Of a stretch of DNA of 64,000 nucleotides, positions 12,925 through 26,574 are shown piece after piece. The position numbers and the translations under genes are program-made. The notes beneath the pieces were generated by a model that did not search any database, was not told the DNA's origin, and worked only from the letters and a program-made list of their open reading frames with translations. Positions within the stretch are counted from its first letter, which is position 1; every line of letters starts with the position of its first letter. This DNA comes from Lingula anatina (Eukaryota > Animalia > Brachiopoda), in assembly GCA_051362555.1 (NCBI GenBank), contig CM120646.1, positions 8,804,001 to 8,868,000 of the forward strand. Direction: 5' to 3'.

Positions 12925-14265
12925 GATGCAGAAAATTGGTCATTTTGTCAATTTTGTTGCAATTATAAATAGACTTATAATAGCAACACCAAATTTTAAT
13001 CATGCACAACAGGTAACATGGTCATAAGATTACAGTTTCAGAACCACGGAAGTTCTAATTCACATAATGAAAATCCCAATATGTGAAAAATGATGACAGT
13101 GCATAAAATACTTTTACATAATATTTAAAGCTATAAACACCAATACTATTGCTTATGTGGAAAAACAAAACGTACAGAGCTTCAGGTGGATGGGAGTTAA
13201 AAGTCACATCATGGAAATGCCAGTGTTAAAAAAAAAAGAAAACAACAAAAATATTCCAATAAAGCTGCCATTCAAACTTTTAATCTAGCTGTATTAACAT
13301 GATATGAATATCCCACCGAGTTTGAGGATAATAAGGATAATATTGGCAGTACACAAAATAGTTTTTTTTTTCTTTCTTTGCCTTATTTGCAATATAAAGT
13401 TGGTCAGGACACATTATTACCAGTAAAATGGTTTATATGCTGTCCAAATAATTGTACCATGTGGAAAAATGTTCCAAAATTAATAATTGTACTGTGCAGA
13501 ATAATTGTACCACATGGAAAAATCTTTCAAATTTAACATTATACTGTACAGAAATTTGGTATTGCATGGAAAGGATAAGCAATTCCAATGTTTTGTGAAA
13601 AGAAAAAAAACATTGGTTTGAAAAAAAAATTTTTTTTCAAAATATATGCATTTTCTTTAACCCTGAACATAAGCAATGATCTAAACTGAGAGAAGCACAT
13701 TTCATTTACTTTTGTATTTACATAATATCTAGTCAGCAACAACTTTGCATGATGTTACTAAAATAAACTGGCATATCTACTGATATTGTTGCGTTCTCAA
13801 TCTCAGTAACTGTAATTGTTTTTGACATGGGAGTGATGCGTCGGTAGCACCTGCTGAATAGGTCAGAGGCGCAGATTTGGTTTTCTGCTAGGCGCAGATT
13901 TGGCTCCCAGCCAGATTTCTGCTGGGCGCAGATTTGGACTCTGTCCAGATTTCTGCTCTGCGGAGATTTGAGTGGTATCAAAATTTCCATCAATGGGGAA
14001 CAGGGCGTGCTGCATACCCTTGAGCTGCTGTTGCATATATATAGGAGCGACATAGTGTTGAGGATAGTCAGGTAGTGTAGAGGAGCGGATTGGAAGAGTT
14101 AGTTTTAGAGTTATGCAGTTAGAGGTTTACAGCCTTAGTTTAGCCTGAAGTTTGTACAAGAAAACTTTCAGTCGTTTGAAGAAATAAAGAAGACTTATAA
14201 CTGATAGATGATACGCAGTTTATTGCCAAATTTATGTACCATATGATATAGAAATTATTATGCAA

Positions 14266-16072
14266 ACAAGGCAGCAAAGCTGTCAAATGTACAGACAAAA
14301 ACAGAAAATAACAAGGCAGCAAAGCTGTCAAATGTACAGACAAAAAACAGAAAATAAAGATGCAAAATAGGTCATTTTGTCAATTTTGATGCAATAATAA
14401 ACAATGCTTATAATAGCACTGTCAGTCAACACTGAATTCTAATCATGCACAACAGGTACCATGGTCAATAACAGGAGCGAACCCAGAGATATTTTCTGAT
14501 AGTATTCCAAAGTATCTATGTTGATCCATCCCCCATTTTTATGGTCTTCCAACAGAAAAAAAATAGATACCAGTCAATATAAACTTAATAACCTGACCGT
14601 CTTCCGGAAGACCCAAAAGATGGTCTCAATCCACCCCTTCAATAAGATTACAGTTTCAAGACCATGAGAGTTCAAATTCACATGATGAAAGTCTCAATTT
14701 TTGAAAAATGATGACAGTGCATAAAATAATATTACATAATGTTTAAAGACATAAAAAAACAATACAACTGCTTATGTGGAAATACAGACAAGACAGCACT
14801 TTTCTGAAATGTTTTTTTTTTCCCATTTTTAACAATTTTTTAACATAAAACAAAATTAACAGTTTACTGCCATTTTTATATGATCAACTAAGAAAATTGA
14901 TGAGATGGGAAAAATATCAATAGAACAGTGTTAAATGTCCAATTTCCTCCATTCTGAGATTCTGAACATAGTGAATGATTAAATCTGACAAACTGCAATG
15001 ATATGAGTTTATTTCCATTTTTGACACTTTTTTACACAATACATGATAACAAGTTTACCATCATTTTTACTAAATCAACTAACAATGTTGTAAAGATGCA
15101 GGAAATGTCAAACAAACGCTTTTACGTATCTTATTAATATAATAATGAGACTGTTAACATGCCTAAGAAATGAATCTGAGGAAATGTGAAAAAACAGAAT
15201 ACCTTCTAAAATATTGGCACGATTATGCTGGTTTACGAACTCAACATGCATTTTAGCAAAACTGACCACTCCTATGACTTTCATGACAATTGGCCCATCT
15301 GTTTTTCTTATATTGTGTTTACAGTGTTGCATATATGCTGAAAAGTGTAAAAAACAGCATAACTACTAAAATAACAAGTTTACCATCATTTTTACATAAT
15401 CAACTAACAATGTTGTAAAGATGCAGGAAATGTCAAACAAACACTTTTACGAATCTTATTAGTTAAATAATGAGACTGTTAACATGCCTAAGAATTGAAT
15501 CTGAGGAAATGTGAAAAAACAGCATAACTTATAAAATAATGGCCCAATTATGCTAATTTTCAAACTCAACCTGCATTTTAGTAAGATTGACCACTCCTGT
15601 GAGTTTAATGACAATTGGCCTATCTGTTTTTCTTATATTGTGTTAACAGTGTTGCATATATGCTAAAAAGTGAAAAAACAGCATAACTACTAAAATAGTG
15701 GCCCGATCGTGCCGATTTTCGAACTTGACCTGCGTTTTAGTAAGATTGATTGCTCCTGTGAGTTTCATGACAACAGGCCTATCGGTTTTCCTTGAAATGT
15801 GTTAACAGTGTTGTATATATGCTGAAAAGTGAAAAAACAGCATAACTTCTACAATAATGGCTCGATCATGCTGATTTCCGAACTTGACCTGCGTTTTATG
15901 AATATTCATCAGCTCTGTAAATATAAAGCCAAAAAATAAAACTGTCTTCCACTTATCGTGTTAACGCTGAAAGTGCACGGCGCCGGCATTGGCGACGGCA
16001 TCGGCGACGACGGCGACAACAGAGGCAGGTGATGGCAATATGTACAGACACATCTGTGTCTGTACATAAAAA
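14266..16072 (-). mobile_element. HINE family 1 composite copy
   Basis: Two tandem 3' ends at 14266 and 14311; 5' hairpin at about 16039-16068; body 14790-16070 is closely similar to the reverse complement of 43296-44415. Confidence 0.8.
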
Positions 16073-16432
16073 TGCAGAAAATGGTTCATTTTGTCAATTT
16101 TGATGCAATAAATCATGCCTATAATAGCACTGTCAATCAACACTGAATTTTAATCATGCACAACAGGTGACATCGTCAATAACAGGAGCGGATCCAGAGA
16201 TATTTTCTGACAGTAATCCAAATTATCTTTGTTGATCCATCCTACATTTCTGATGGTCTTCCAACAGAAAAAACAGATACCCATCAATGTGAACTTTAAA
16301 ATCTGAAAAACCTAGAAGACGGCCTCAATCCGCCCCTGCAATAAGATTACAGTTTCAGGACCACGAGAGTTCAAATTCACATAATGAAAATCCCAATATT
16401 TGAATAATGATGACAGTGCATAAAATAATATT

Positions 16433-18888
16433 GGGTCAAAACACGGTATTTGAAATGTCTCTGACGGGACATTTTAGAGACAATTTTAAAAATTACAGTT
16501 GGTAAATGATCCACATGGTTACTTTTAAATACATTTTTATTTAGCTAGACCATAAAGGATTATGTAAAACAAGCAGCTAATTTGTATTGAAATTAATGTG
16601 GGAATGACAATCACTTAAAGGTCTGTCTCTGACGGGACATTTTTGACCCCTGTATTTTTTTACTAAAACTCCAATGCAAAATTCTCTTTGAAATTTCATT
16701 TAATCAAGACTTTTGTGATTCATATTGCAAGGTACAAGTCTTGGGAAGCAATTAATGCACAAACAGGCCAGTTTTGTTTACTTTCCTTGGCAGCATGGGC
16801 TGTTAAGTGTAAAAAGTCACTGTCTCTGACGGGACATCTCTGACGGGACACTTTTGGGCACTATTGAAAAATCTTAGAAAAGAGGTTTAAAAAGCATTAT
16901 TTTTGTATCTAATGAATCTTACTTGAGGGTTATTGCAAAATAGCATTTCTGTACATTAGAAAAATCACCAGATGCAATATGTTTAGAATATTAATTAATT
17001 ATCATGACACAGCGATAAGGCACAGTATAATTTTCACGTAATCCACTGTCCATTACTCCTATTTCTCAATATCAATCAACATTTTCCATGATAGTTCACA
17101 TGATAAATCCTGTTTTTCAATTAGTCTTAGAACACATATCTTTTCTGCACTTTAGAGATTTTTTCAACCAGTCACATTAACAGGTGATGGAAACAAGTAA
17201 AGTCCATGAGTGTCTATGCTAGGCATTGGAAGGACTTCCTTTGCATCTTTTATGGGAATCCATGCTTTGTTTTCTGTGGCAGGGTACACAAAGTTTCTTT
17301 TGCCAGAACCTTCAGTACGTAAGAAACTGACTTCCACTTCGCCATCTTCAGTGTCATGGGTGACCTAACCTAAGAATTTGTTTTACTCCTTTCCTGGCAG
17401 CAAACTCCGCAATGACAAAATCTCCCTGGTGAGACTGAGCTGTGCCTTGACCGACATTGTCATAGTGCAGATGTGCAGGCAAATCAAAGTCCCCAGTCAT
17501 ATGAATAAGTTTAGTATATTAAGAGGGTTGCTGGTACAAAGAATTGGTTGACACAAGAACATGTCCACGGGGCTAGGGCTGGGGCTGAAGCTGTTGGAAG
17601 TGTTGAATTCCTGGAACAGATGGACAGTTTTCCCAGCGACTATTGATGGGTGCGGTAGCTGCTATAATATCTGCTGCAGACAGGTACATTACGTTGACAT
17701 TGGGGCATAATTCTTTGCCAGCCAAATAGAATTGATAAGGTGTATCTACAACCATTTTTCTCTGGAGCACTGCTCTCCAAACCTGATGTTTCATTTCCCC
17801 TACGATCCCATCCACTGGTTCTTTGCCATGGGCAGTGGTATAAAAAGTACCACTTCGCTTCCATACCAAAATCTGTTTCATGATAGTACCATGTTTAGAC
17901 AGTAAAAACCAACTTTTGAATTGACTGGGGGCTCGGCTCAGTCTGACCAGTAATGAACTTTGCTGAATGATTGCTGGTGTTGGAGGTCTTCGAGAATGGC
18001 CTTATTACAAGTGAAGACAGACTGTTTGTTATGGTGCAGATCATCAGATACCACAACATATGGTTGGAGCTGGAGGTCTCCTTCAGACTCTGTTCTAAAT
18101 CATGCACATGCAGTGAACAGAATGACCTGCTCACAGTTCTAGTGCTCTGACATGATCTCTGACGGCACATGTCAACACCTAATCACTGACAGTCAACCTA
18201 GCTAATAATCAGTAATGGTTAATGAATTACCCAGTAATGATCAGTTGCAAAAGAAAAACAAGAAATGTAACACACCAGAACACTTGAAAATGATTCAATT
18301 GAAGATGTAAAACCTTGTGTTTCACATCTGTCAGAAAATGTCCCGTCAGAGACAGAAAATGTCCCGTCAGAGACAATGATAAAATGTGGCAATAAATTCA
18401 CTGTAAATTGTTTTAATTTTGTAATTTTTAGCTATAATCATTACTTATCATTATTAAAAAGAGGATTTTAAGTTTCATTTATACAACCTACCAGATGTGG
18501 AAAATATGAAAACTTTTCGAAGTCAAATGTCTCTGACGGGACACACCACTCCTAGTGCTAAATAATTTTTTACTCAAAATAAGTGATATGTGGCAGTTTT
18601 CTATGTTAAACTATTACTTCTGATTAGTTTAACATATTTGGTTGATAAAAACTTGAAAAAACAACCTAATATCTGACTCAGGCCAATATGACCATGTGTC
18701 CCGTCAGAGACAATTTTTTTTTTCCTTTTTGTTTCCCAGTGGCTCACAGAAAAAGTACTGGGAGTATATCAATGAAACTTACATTATCTGAAAATTTGAT
18801 TTGTTTTCTACAAAAATGTAAAAATTTTAAATTTCAATGAAACAAAAAAAAATTTGACACCCATGGCACCGTTACCGTGTTTTGACCC
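16433..18888 (-). mobile_element. Internally deleted Sola2-like DNA transposon with transposase remnant
   Basis: 16-bp TIR GGGTCAAAACACGGTA; 4-bp TSD TATT (empty paralogous site near 14729); multiple subterminal TGTCTCTGACGGGACA repeats; remnant ORF 17573-17881 with TAHGKEPVDGIVGEMK, resembling the HGKGPxDGIGG motif. Confidence 0.75.
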
Positions 18889-21483
18889 TATTACATAATG
18901 TTTAAAGACATAAAAACCAATGCAACTGCTTATGTGGAAATACAGAAAATGTGAAGAGCTTCAGGTGGATGGGAGCTGAAAATGCCAGTGTTTGAAAAAT
19001 AAATTAAAAAGAAAACACAACAAAAATATCCCATAAAAGCTGCTATTCAAACTTTTAATCTTGCTGTAATAACATGATATGAATAACCCCAATGTGTTTG
19101 AGGATAATAAGGCACTGTTATTCATCAATTTTTTTTTTCTTTTGTTGACTTATTTGCAATATTAAACAACATTTACCTGCATAATTATCACTGATTCCTA
19201 ATTATGTGACATAGTTAAGAGAGCTTAACCTATGGGACTTTACTGGGAAGTCTCAACGTGTGTTTTATGTAATCTTATTTAATGGGCACTTGGAAATTAA
19301 TTAGGCAAATGATTTTATAGCTCTGAATTTAGCTTGTGACTACCCCAAGGGACAATTACCACCATCCATAAACAGTAGTCCCATATAACACTCTATAGAG
19401 CTGCATTGCTTCCAAAACAGAAAACAATCACACTGATTTTCCAACACAAACTGCACGTCAGTCTTACGAAACTTTTCAGTAAGTTTGAGTATCATAAGTA
19501 ACATGGTTTTTCCTTAATGGTCATTCCGGCAGCCATTTCCAAAATAGGGTTTTCTTCAACTTTTATGCAATATAACATAATGACCATCAATTTTTAATAA
19601 TAAAATAAAAGTATCATGGATATACAGAAAATGTGACATGGGAAGGTCTTCAAGGCCATGGAAGTTCAGAGTCACACTTTCAAAATGCCAAAATGTAAAC
19701 ATAACTGTATTGAATTGACAACCTGTAAAGATATGAGTTTATTATTATTTCCATTTTTTGACACTTTATTACACAATACACAATAACAGGTTTACCATCT
19801 TTTTTTATATAATCAACTAACAATATTGTTAAGATGCAGAAAATGTCAAAAGAACACCTTTACATATTTAATTAGTTCACAGATGAGATTGTTAACATGC
19901 CTAAGAATTAAATCAAAGGGAAAAAAAAACACTTATATACAAAAAAGGCTTAACCTCACCAAAACTGAACCAATCGAGCTTATTTTCGATCCCCATCTGT
20001 ATTTCAGTAAGACTGATCACCCCTGTAAATTTCAAGACAATTGGCCAATTGATTTTCCTTGAAATGTGTTATCGGTATTGCATACATACTGAAAACAAGG
20101 CAGCAAAGCTGTCAAATGTACAGACAAAAAGCAGGAAATAACAAAATAGGCTACTGTCAATTCTGATGCAAAAGTACATTATGTTAAACTGCAAATTCAA
20201 CATCAAATTTTAATTATGCTCAATAGGTAATACCAATGTAAGTAAAATGTGAAACAAGCATAAGGCTTCAGGCCCATGGGAGTTCAAGTTCACACTTTGA
20301 AAATGTAAAACTTCCAGAAAAAGAAGTCAATTAGACTGCTTTTCCAACTCAGGCTGCATTTTAGTCCTGTATTTCTTTTTTGAAAGTTTGGCAATCATTA
20401 GTAACATGGTTTTCCCATAGTGGTCATCATGGCAGCAGCACCCAAAATTGTGTTTTCTTCTATTCTGATGCAATATTACATAATGGTTAACAGCATAATG
20501 ACAATCAATTTTTAATAACAAAATATATGTATCATGGATTTTCAGAAAATGTGACTAGCCTGGGTCTTCAAGCCTGTGGAACTTCAAAGTCACACCTTGA
20601 AAATGCCAATATGTGAAAAATTAAATTTTCACAAAAAAACTGTTTAACTGGCAGATTGCATTGCCTACTGAAGCTGTATTTTAGTCCCATGTTTCTTTCC
20701 TGTAAGTTTGAGAACAGTAAGTGATATGGTTTTTCTTAAAAGGTAATCATGGGAGCAGTGCCCAAAATAGGTTTTTTCAAATTTTGATGCAATATTACAT
20801 AATGTTTAACAGCATAATGACCATCCATTTTTTATAATAAAATATTAGTATCATGGATATTCAGAAAATGTGACTAGCAAAGGTCTTCAGGCCCATGGAA
20901 CTTCAAAGTCACAACTTGAAAATGCCAAAATGTAAACAAAATGTTTTTCTTATATTGTGTTTACAGTGTTGCATATATGCTGAAAAGTGAAACAAGGCAG
21001 CAAAGCTGTCAAATGTACAGACAAAAACCAGAAATTAAAAACGCAGGAAATAGGATACTGTCAATTCTGATGAACTTATGTATTATGCTTACTGTAACTG
21101 CATAGCCAACATCAAATTCTTATTCTGCATAACATTGGATTAGGATGAAAGTGAAATGTGTATCAAGCATCAGGCTAAGTTCCCATACCTAGATCAATCT
21201 AACAGGATCAATCCAACTCCAAGGGGTTTCTCACTAAATTGCTTTCAGTTTGAGAGTCTTAGGATTCAGGCATGCCAGTTTCAGTAGGCGTGACAGACAA
21301 CTAAGCCACTTACATTGATTGCAATTTAGCGAGAATTCCCATGGATAGATCGATCCACAGTTAACGTGATAGGGTCTGGAAATAGTCCCTAAGGTGTCAG
21401 GCTGATAAGAGTAAAACTTTGGAAATGCCAGAATGAGGTACAGTGAAAATTACACACAAAAAAAAATTGCTTAAACTCATTAA

Positions 21484-21486
<3 letters not shown>

Positions 21487-21563
<77 letters not shown>

Positions 21564-21569
21564 TTTTTT
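21487..21569. repeat. (AT)n microsatellite followed by poly-T
   Basis: Read directly from the sequence. Confidence 0.97.
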
Positions 21570-22520
21570 GGCTGTATGTCAATCCTTAGAATCATTCTTG
21601 TAACTTAACAAAATACAGAAAATGTTACAAAGTAAGAGTACAGGGCTCCTGGCAGATGGGAGTGATAAGTCACAACTTGAAAATGCCAGTATAGCACTCT
21701 ATAAACCTGCATTGCTTCCAAAACACAAAACAATCACACTGGTTTTCCAACACAAGCTGCACTTCTGTCTTATGAAACTTTTCAGTAAGTTTCAGTATCG
21801 TAAGTAACATGGTTTTCCCTTAATCGCTATCCTGGCAGCAGTGTCCAAAATAGGGTTTTCTTCAACTTTCATGCAATAAAACATAATACTTAACAGCATA
21901 ATGACCATCAAATTTTTTATAAAAAAATAAAAGTATCATGAATATTCAGAAAATGTGATTTGGGAAGGTCTTCAAGGCCATGGAAGTTCAGAGTCACACT
22001 TTCAAAATGCCAAAATGTAAACAAGAGATAACTGAACTGAAATGATTTTCTTTCCATTTTCAACACCTTTTTTAAAACAAAATGATCAATAAACTGTCAT
22101 TTTTAAATGTTCAACTAGGAAAATTGTTGACATAGGAAAAATATCAATAGAACAATTTTCAATGTCCAATTTGCTCCATTTGCAGATGCTGAACATAGTG
22201 AATGATTAAATCTGACAAACTGCAATGATGAGTTCCTTTTCCATTTATGATACTTTATTACACAATGCACAATATTATAACAGGTTTACCGTCATTTTTA
22301 TATAATCAACTAACAATATTGTTAAGAAGCAGAAAATGTCAAAACTACACTTTTACATATCTTATTAGTTTCATAATGAGACTGTTAACATGCCTAAGAA
22401 TTAAATCTGAAGAAATAACAATTATATACAAAAATACAGAAAATGCACAGCACTTCTGGTGGATGGGAGTAAAAAATTTTGACTCCTGAAAATAAAAAAA
22501 GACTCATATTCTAGTCATTT

Positions 22521-22564
22521 ACTCCCTGATGATGGTGACTGACAGTCACAGAAATATTGGAGGT
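22521..22564 (+). ncRNA. Minimal type I hammerhead ribozyme motif, Penelope-like element terminus
   Basis: CTCC-CTGATGA-tg-GTGACT(gac)AGTCAC-a-GAAA-TATT-GGAG: stem I CTCC/GGAG, 6-bp stem II, palindromic AATATT stem III; bracketed by the direct repeat AGACTCATATTCT (22500, 22618). Confidence 0.6.
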
Positions 22565-23901
22565 AAAACCTACATATTTTATAAGCTCTTGATAAAAAGA
22601 AAAACAATAATTTAAATAGACTCATATTCTGTAGTGTCAGTAAGTCAATGACTCTCTAGTTCCAAATTGTAAATAAAACACTGATTATCCCTTTAACTAT
22701 TTTTTAAAGATTTCACTTGATTTTTATGTGTTTACCTCAAGTAACTGCTGTAATTTATGTCTCAATTGAAAGATATTGATTAAAATTTATTTTGACTGTT
22801 ATATGCAAAAAATAAAAAATTCCATTCGTAATGCTAATTTTCACATTGTTCAAGTTTAATGAGCTATAAAATCATGAATTAAAAAAATACAGATAAATCT
22901 TTTACAAATTCTTATCCCCTGAAGTCTCTTCTTTCAGAAAATGCAACTTTTGATTGATTTTTGTACATATGAAAATTTTATGCCCAGGACACAAATACCA
23001 CAGAATGGCCCTACAACTGACAGAGCCGCAGCCTGTGACTTCTATTTTCTTGAAAACGCACCTTGAGACAGGTAATAGTAATGACACTAAAAACAAAAGG
23101 CCGACGTTCCCACAATTGACAACCAAAACAGAAAACAATCACACTGATTTTCCAACACAAGCTGCACTTCAGTCCTATGAAACTTTTCAGTAAGGTTGAG
23201 TATCATAAGTAACATGGTTTCCCTCTATAATGGTTATCCTGGCAGCAGTGTCCTAAATAGGGTTTTCTTCAACTTTTATGCAATATAACATAATGCTTAA
23301 CAGCATAATGACCATCAATTTTTAATTTAATAATAAAGTAAAAAATCATGGATATTCAGAAAATGTGACTAGCAATGGTATTCAAGCCAATGGAAGTTAA
23401 AAGACTAAGTCACACCTTGAAAATGTCCATATGTGAAAATTTTAATTCTAACAAAAAACTATATAATTTCCAAGAAATTGAACCGATATAACAGGTTTTC
23501 CAACTGAAGCTAAATTTTAGTCCTATGCTACATTTCTGTAAGTGTGAGAAGAGTAAGTGACTTGGTTTTCCTTTAATGGTCACTATTGAGGCATTGTGAA
23601 TTTGTCTAAAATGGGGTTGTCTTCAATTTGGGTGCAATATTTCATAATGCTTAACAGCATAATGACCATCAATTTTTAATAATAAAATAAAAGAATCATG
23701 GATATTCAGAAAATGTGACATGGAAAGGTCTTCAAGGCCATGGAAGTTCAGAGTCACACCTTCAAAATGCCAAAATGTAAACAAGAGATAACTGTACTGA
23801 AATGATTTTCTTTCCACTTTCAATACCTCTTTTTACATATAACAAAATAATAAATTTATTGTCATTTTTAAATGATCAACTCCTGTGAATTTCAAGACAA
23901 T

Positions 23902-24856
23902 AGAGTCTTTTCCACGGTCACGTGACTTCCGCTAAATTATCCGTGGGAACGCGAGATTTTGCGGGATTTGAAGTTTCAGGGGGAAAGTGTGGAGTGTACA
24001 CGACGGACGCCATATCGAGGAGTGCTCATTTCAATCTGAATTTTCAAAGTTTCGTAACATGTTAACACCTGATTTTTTTCGAAAACATATTCATGGGAGC
24101 AGTTGGAATAGAAATTTAGCAGAAGTACCTGATGACTTTTCAATGAAAGAACTAAAAACGTACCTCATCGACAGCAAAGATAGGACATTCGGTACTTTTG
24201 TAGTATACCCCCCCCCCCACCCTGTAACTTCCTGAAACTTTCATTTTTCAAACATTTTTTTACAGTGTCTTTTGCACCTATGTCAAAGCTGTTGAAATAA
24301 AATGTTTTTGTAATTACCTGTGGTCTTTTTTATTAGTTTTAATCACGTTTAATCCACCCCATTGAAATACAATGTGAAAATTTACAATGTAACCGCAGCT
24401 TGCTGCGTTTTCGTTGGCTAACTCTACCTTATTTTATGTGAACATAGGATTGATACATTGTATACTTGGATTTCCTCTGTGAAATTATTATGAGCTACTT
24501 GTTCACATAAAATTACCTTAGGGTTAGCCAACGAAAATGCGGCAAGTTATTGACTGCGAGTGTAAATTGAAGATTCTAACTTTGTATTTCAATGGGCTGG
24601 ATTAAACGTGATAAACACTAATAAAAAGTCCACAGGTAATTACAAAAGCATTTTATTTCAACAGCTTTGACATAGATAAACAATAAAATGTAAAAAACTG
24701 TTTGAAAAGTGAAAGTTACAGAAAGTTACAGGGTGGGTGGGGGGGGGGGTATACTACAAAAGTACCGAAGGCCCCTTCTACTCTTTCCCCCTGAGAAACA
24801 GTCCCGCACAAAATGGCGCGAACTGCGCATGCTCACGATTTCGTGGAAAAGACTCT
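23902..24856 (+). mobile_element. ISL2EU-like (PIF/Harbinger-related) deleted DNA transposon
   Basis: 15-bp TIR AGAGTCTTTTCCACG; AT target duplication in the host HINE motif gacaATtggcc; remnant peptide WNRNLAEVPDDFSMKELKTYLIDSKDRTF resembles the N-terminus of ISL2EU YqaJ-type ORFs (recognised by eye). Confidence 0.65.
24188..24769. mobile_element. Foldback MITE nested in the ISL2EU-like element
   Basis: ttcggtacttttgtagtataccccc... mirrored by ...gggggtatactacaaaagtaccgaa; imperfect inverted symmetry extends about 250 bp inward. Confidence 0.85.
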
Positions 24857-25544
24857 ATTGGCCGATTGATTTTCCTTGAAATGTGTTATCGGTGTTGCAT
24901 ATATATATGCTGGAAAAAGTGAAAAAACAGCCTAACTTTTTATAAAAAAGGCCCGATCATGCTGATTTTGGAACTTGACCAGCGTATTATGAATATTCAT
25001 CAGTTCTGTAAGTTTCAAGCCAAAAGGTAAAATGGTTTTCCACTTATCATGTTATCGATGAAAGTGCACAGCGACAGCAATGACGGCGACGCAAGACGCA
25101 GGTGACGTCTTAATGTACAGACACATCTGTGTCTGTACATAAAAAGCGCGATATATATATAATTTTGCTGAAACAGATGAATACTAATAAAATGCAAACA
25201 CGTCTGACCAATTTTCACATTTTTTTTTCAAAGTTTGTTAAATTTAGGTTTTTTAATAAAATGAATCTTTCTATTATAAATTGATCTTTTATGTAATTTA
25301 GGGGTGAAGAAAGACACATACATTCTTTCTTTTTGAAACTTTTGTAAATAAAAAATTTTGTACAAAGAAAAATAAAATCAATTGGGCTGTTTGGGTTTAT
25401 TGGATAGCTGAAAAGGATGCATTTTTCATTAAAGGTAATGTTTTTATTTGTTCTGTTAAAGATGTAAGCTTTCAATTCTTCCCAAATATTCTTACTAGAC
25501 GCGCAATGAAAGAAAGTATGTGGAATGTCTTCCTTGGCAACACG

Positions 25545-25717
25545 GGGGCGTCTCGATAGTCCGAAGGCTCATTGGTCCGAAGGTTCATTGGTCCAAAAAG
25601 TGGTAACATTTTTATCGATTTTTTAATCAAGGATTCATTGGTCCGAAGGTTCTATAGTGAACATTCGGACCAATGAACCTTCGGACTATTGAACCTTCGG
25701 ACTATCGCTACGGCCCC
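25545..25717. mobile_element. Small MITE with subterminal ggtccgaagg repeats
   Basis: cgatagtccgaagg / ccttcggactatcg inverted ends, with short internal repeats in both orientations. Confidence 0.7.
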
Positions 25718-26386
25718 GGCAACTCCACAAAGAGAACAGACGTCACCATTCTCAAGCCCTATAGTTTTTAAATATTATTTAACAGGCAGGAGCCTATTAT
25801 TATGCAGTATTGGAACCACTGCAGTTTGGTGTTCTTTGTTGTTTCGAAACAGTTCTTATATAGACATCTTTCCAATGTGCATCAAAATTTAACCTTGCGT
25901 TCCATTTTTTTTCGTTTGTCACATGTCTAGCTGCCACAAATTTTATATTGCAACAAATTAATGTCCCTTAAAATTTTGTTACGAGCACCTAACTAAATAA
26001 TGTAAACATGTTTCTCTTTTTCACATATCGATAATGCAGCATCAGCCCAAACAAAGCCGTGTATTTGTTTACTCGATCAGCACTGACAGTTAGGTGTTCT
26101 AAGATGTCCTAACTAGTCATGACCAGTTTTCTTGTTACGTTAGTCATTCATTTATGCGGTCTCACTATCAGTCTTACTTGAGACGTTTCACGTAGATTTT
26201 TGGTTTATCAATTCAAGGTGACTCTAATGAGTCCAGTGTGGTGTCAGTGATGTCAGTGATTGCAGAGAGCTCTTACCTTTCACTTGGTTTTACTGTCTTA
26301 ATAACAAATTCTACTGAATATATTCTATCCATTTTTGAAATTATTTATTACAGCACATATAAAGCAATTAATTCCGTAAAACTCAC

Positions 26387-26450
26387 CATCTGAGATACTA
26401 TCTAGCATTTTCTTTTCGAGCTCCGAAAGACATCCCTTCATGCCCGCCAT
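26387..26450 (-). CDS. ANKMY2: ANKMY2 coding exon 1 (MAGMKGCLSELEKKMLDSISD-G)
   Basis: Start context gccaacATGGCG; ends at G|GTGAGT donor (phase 1); resembles the ANKMY2 N-terminus (KGELTQEEKELLEVIGKG) and joins in frame to the exon at 10100-10164. Confidence 0.88.
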
Positions 26451-26574
26451 GTTGGCTATTCTCGTTATTTGCCTGATAGTAAAATTGTTCAAATTGCATG
26501 GTGCTCGGCACACAGTAATAAAAGTGAATATGGACAGGCAGATTTATAACTATAACCTAATCATGTTTTCTCTG

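Larger units (their letters stand above)
18893..25145 (-). mobile_element. Nested and fragmented HINE family 1 copies in ANKMY2 intron 1
   Basis: 3' ends at 20095 and 20992; 5' hairpin at about 25113-25140; 20095-20940 is the near-identical reverse complement of 44415-45260; 20992-22470 is nearly identical to 2380-3842. Confidence 0.75.

Noticed and set aside
26277-26314. Possible extra ANKMY2 exon ending at a strong AAG|GTAAG donor
   Set aside because: Exons 1 and 2 already join in frame to give the conserved protein; no homology or good acceptor supports it
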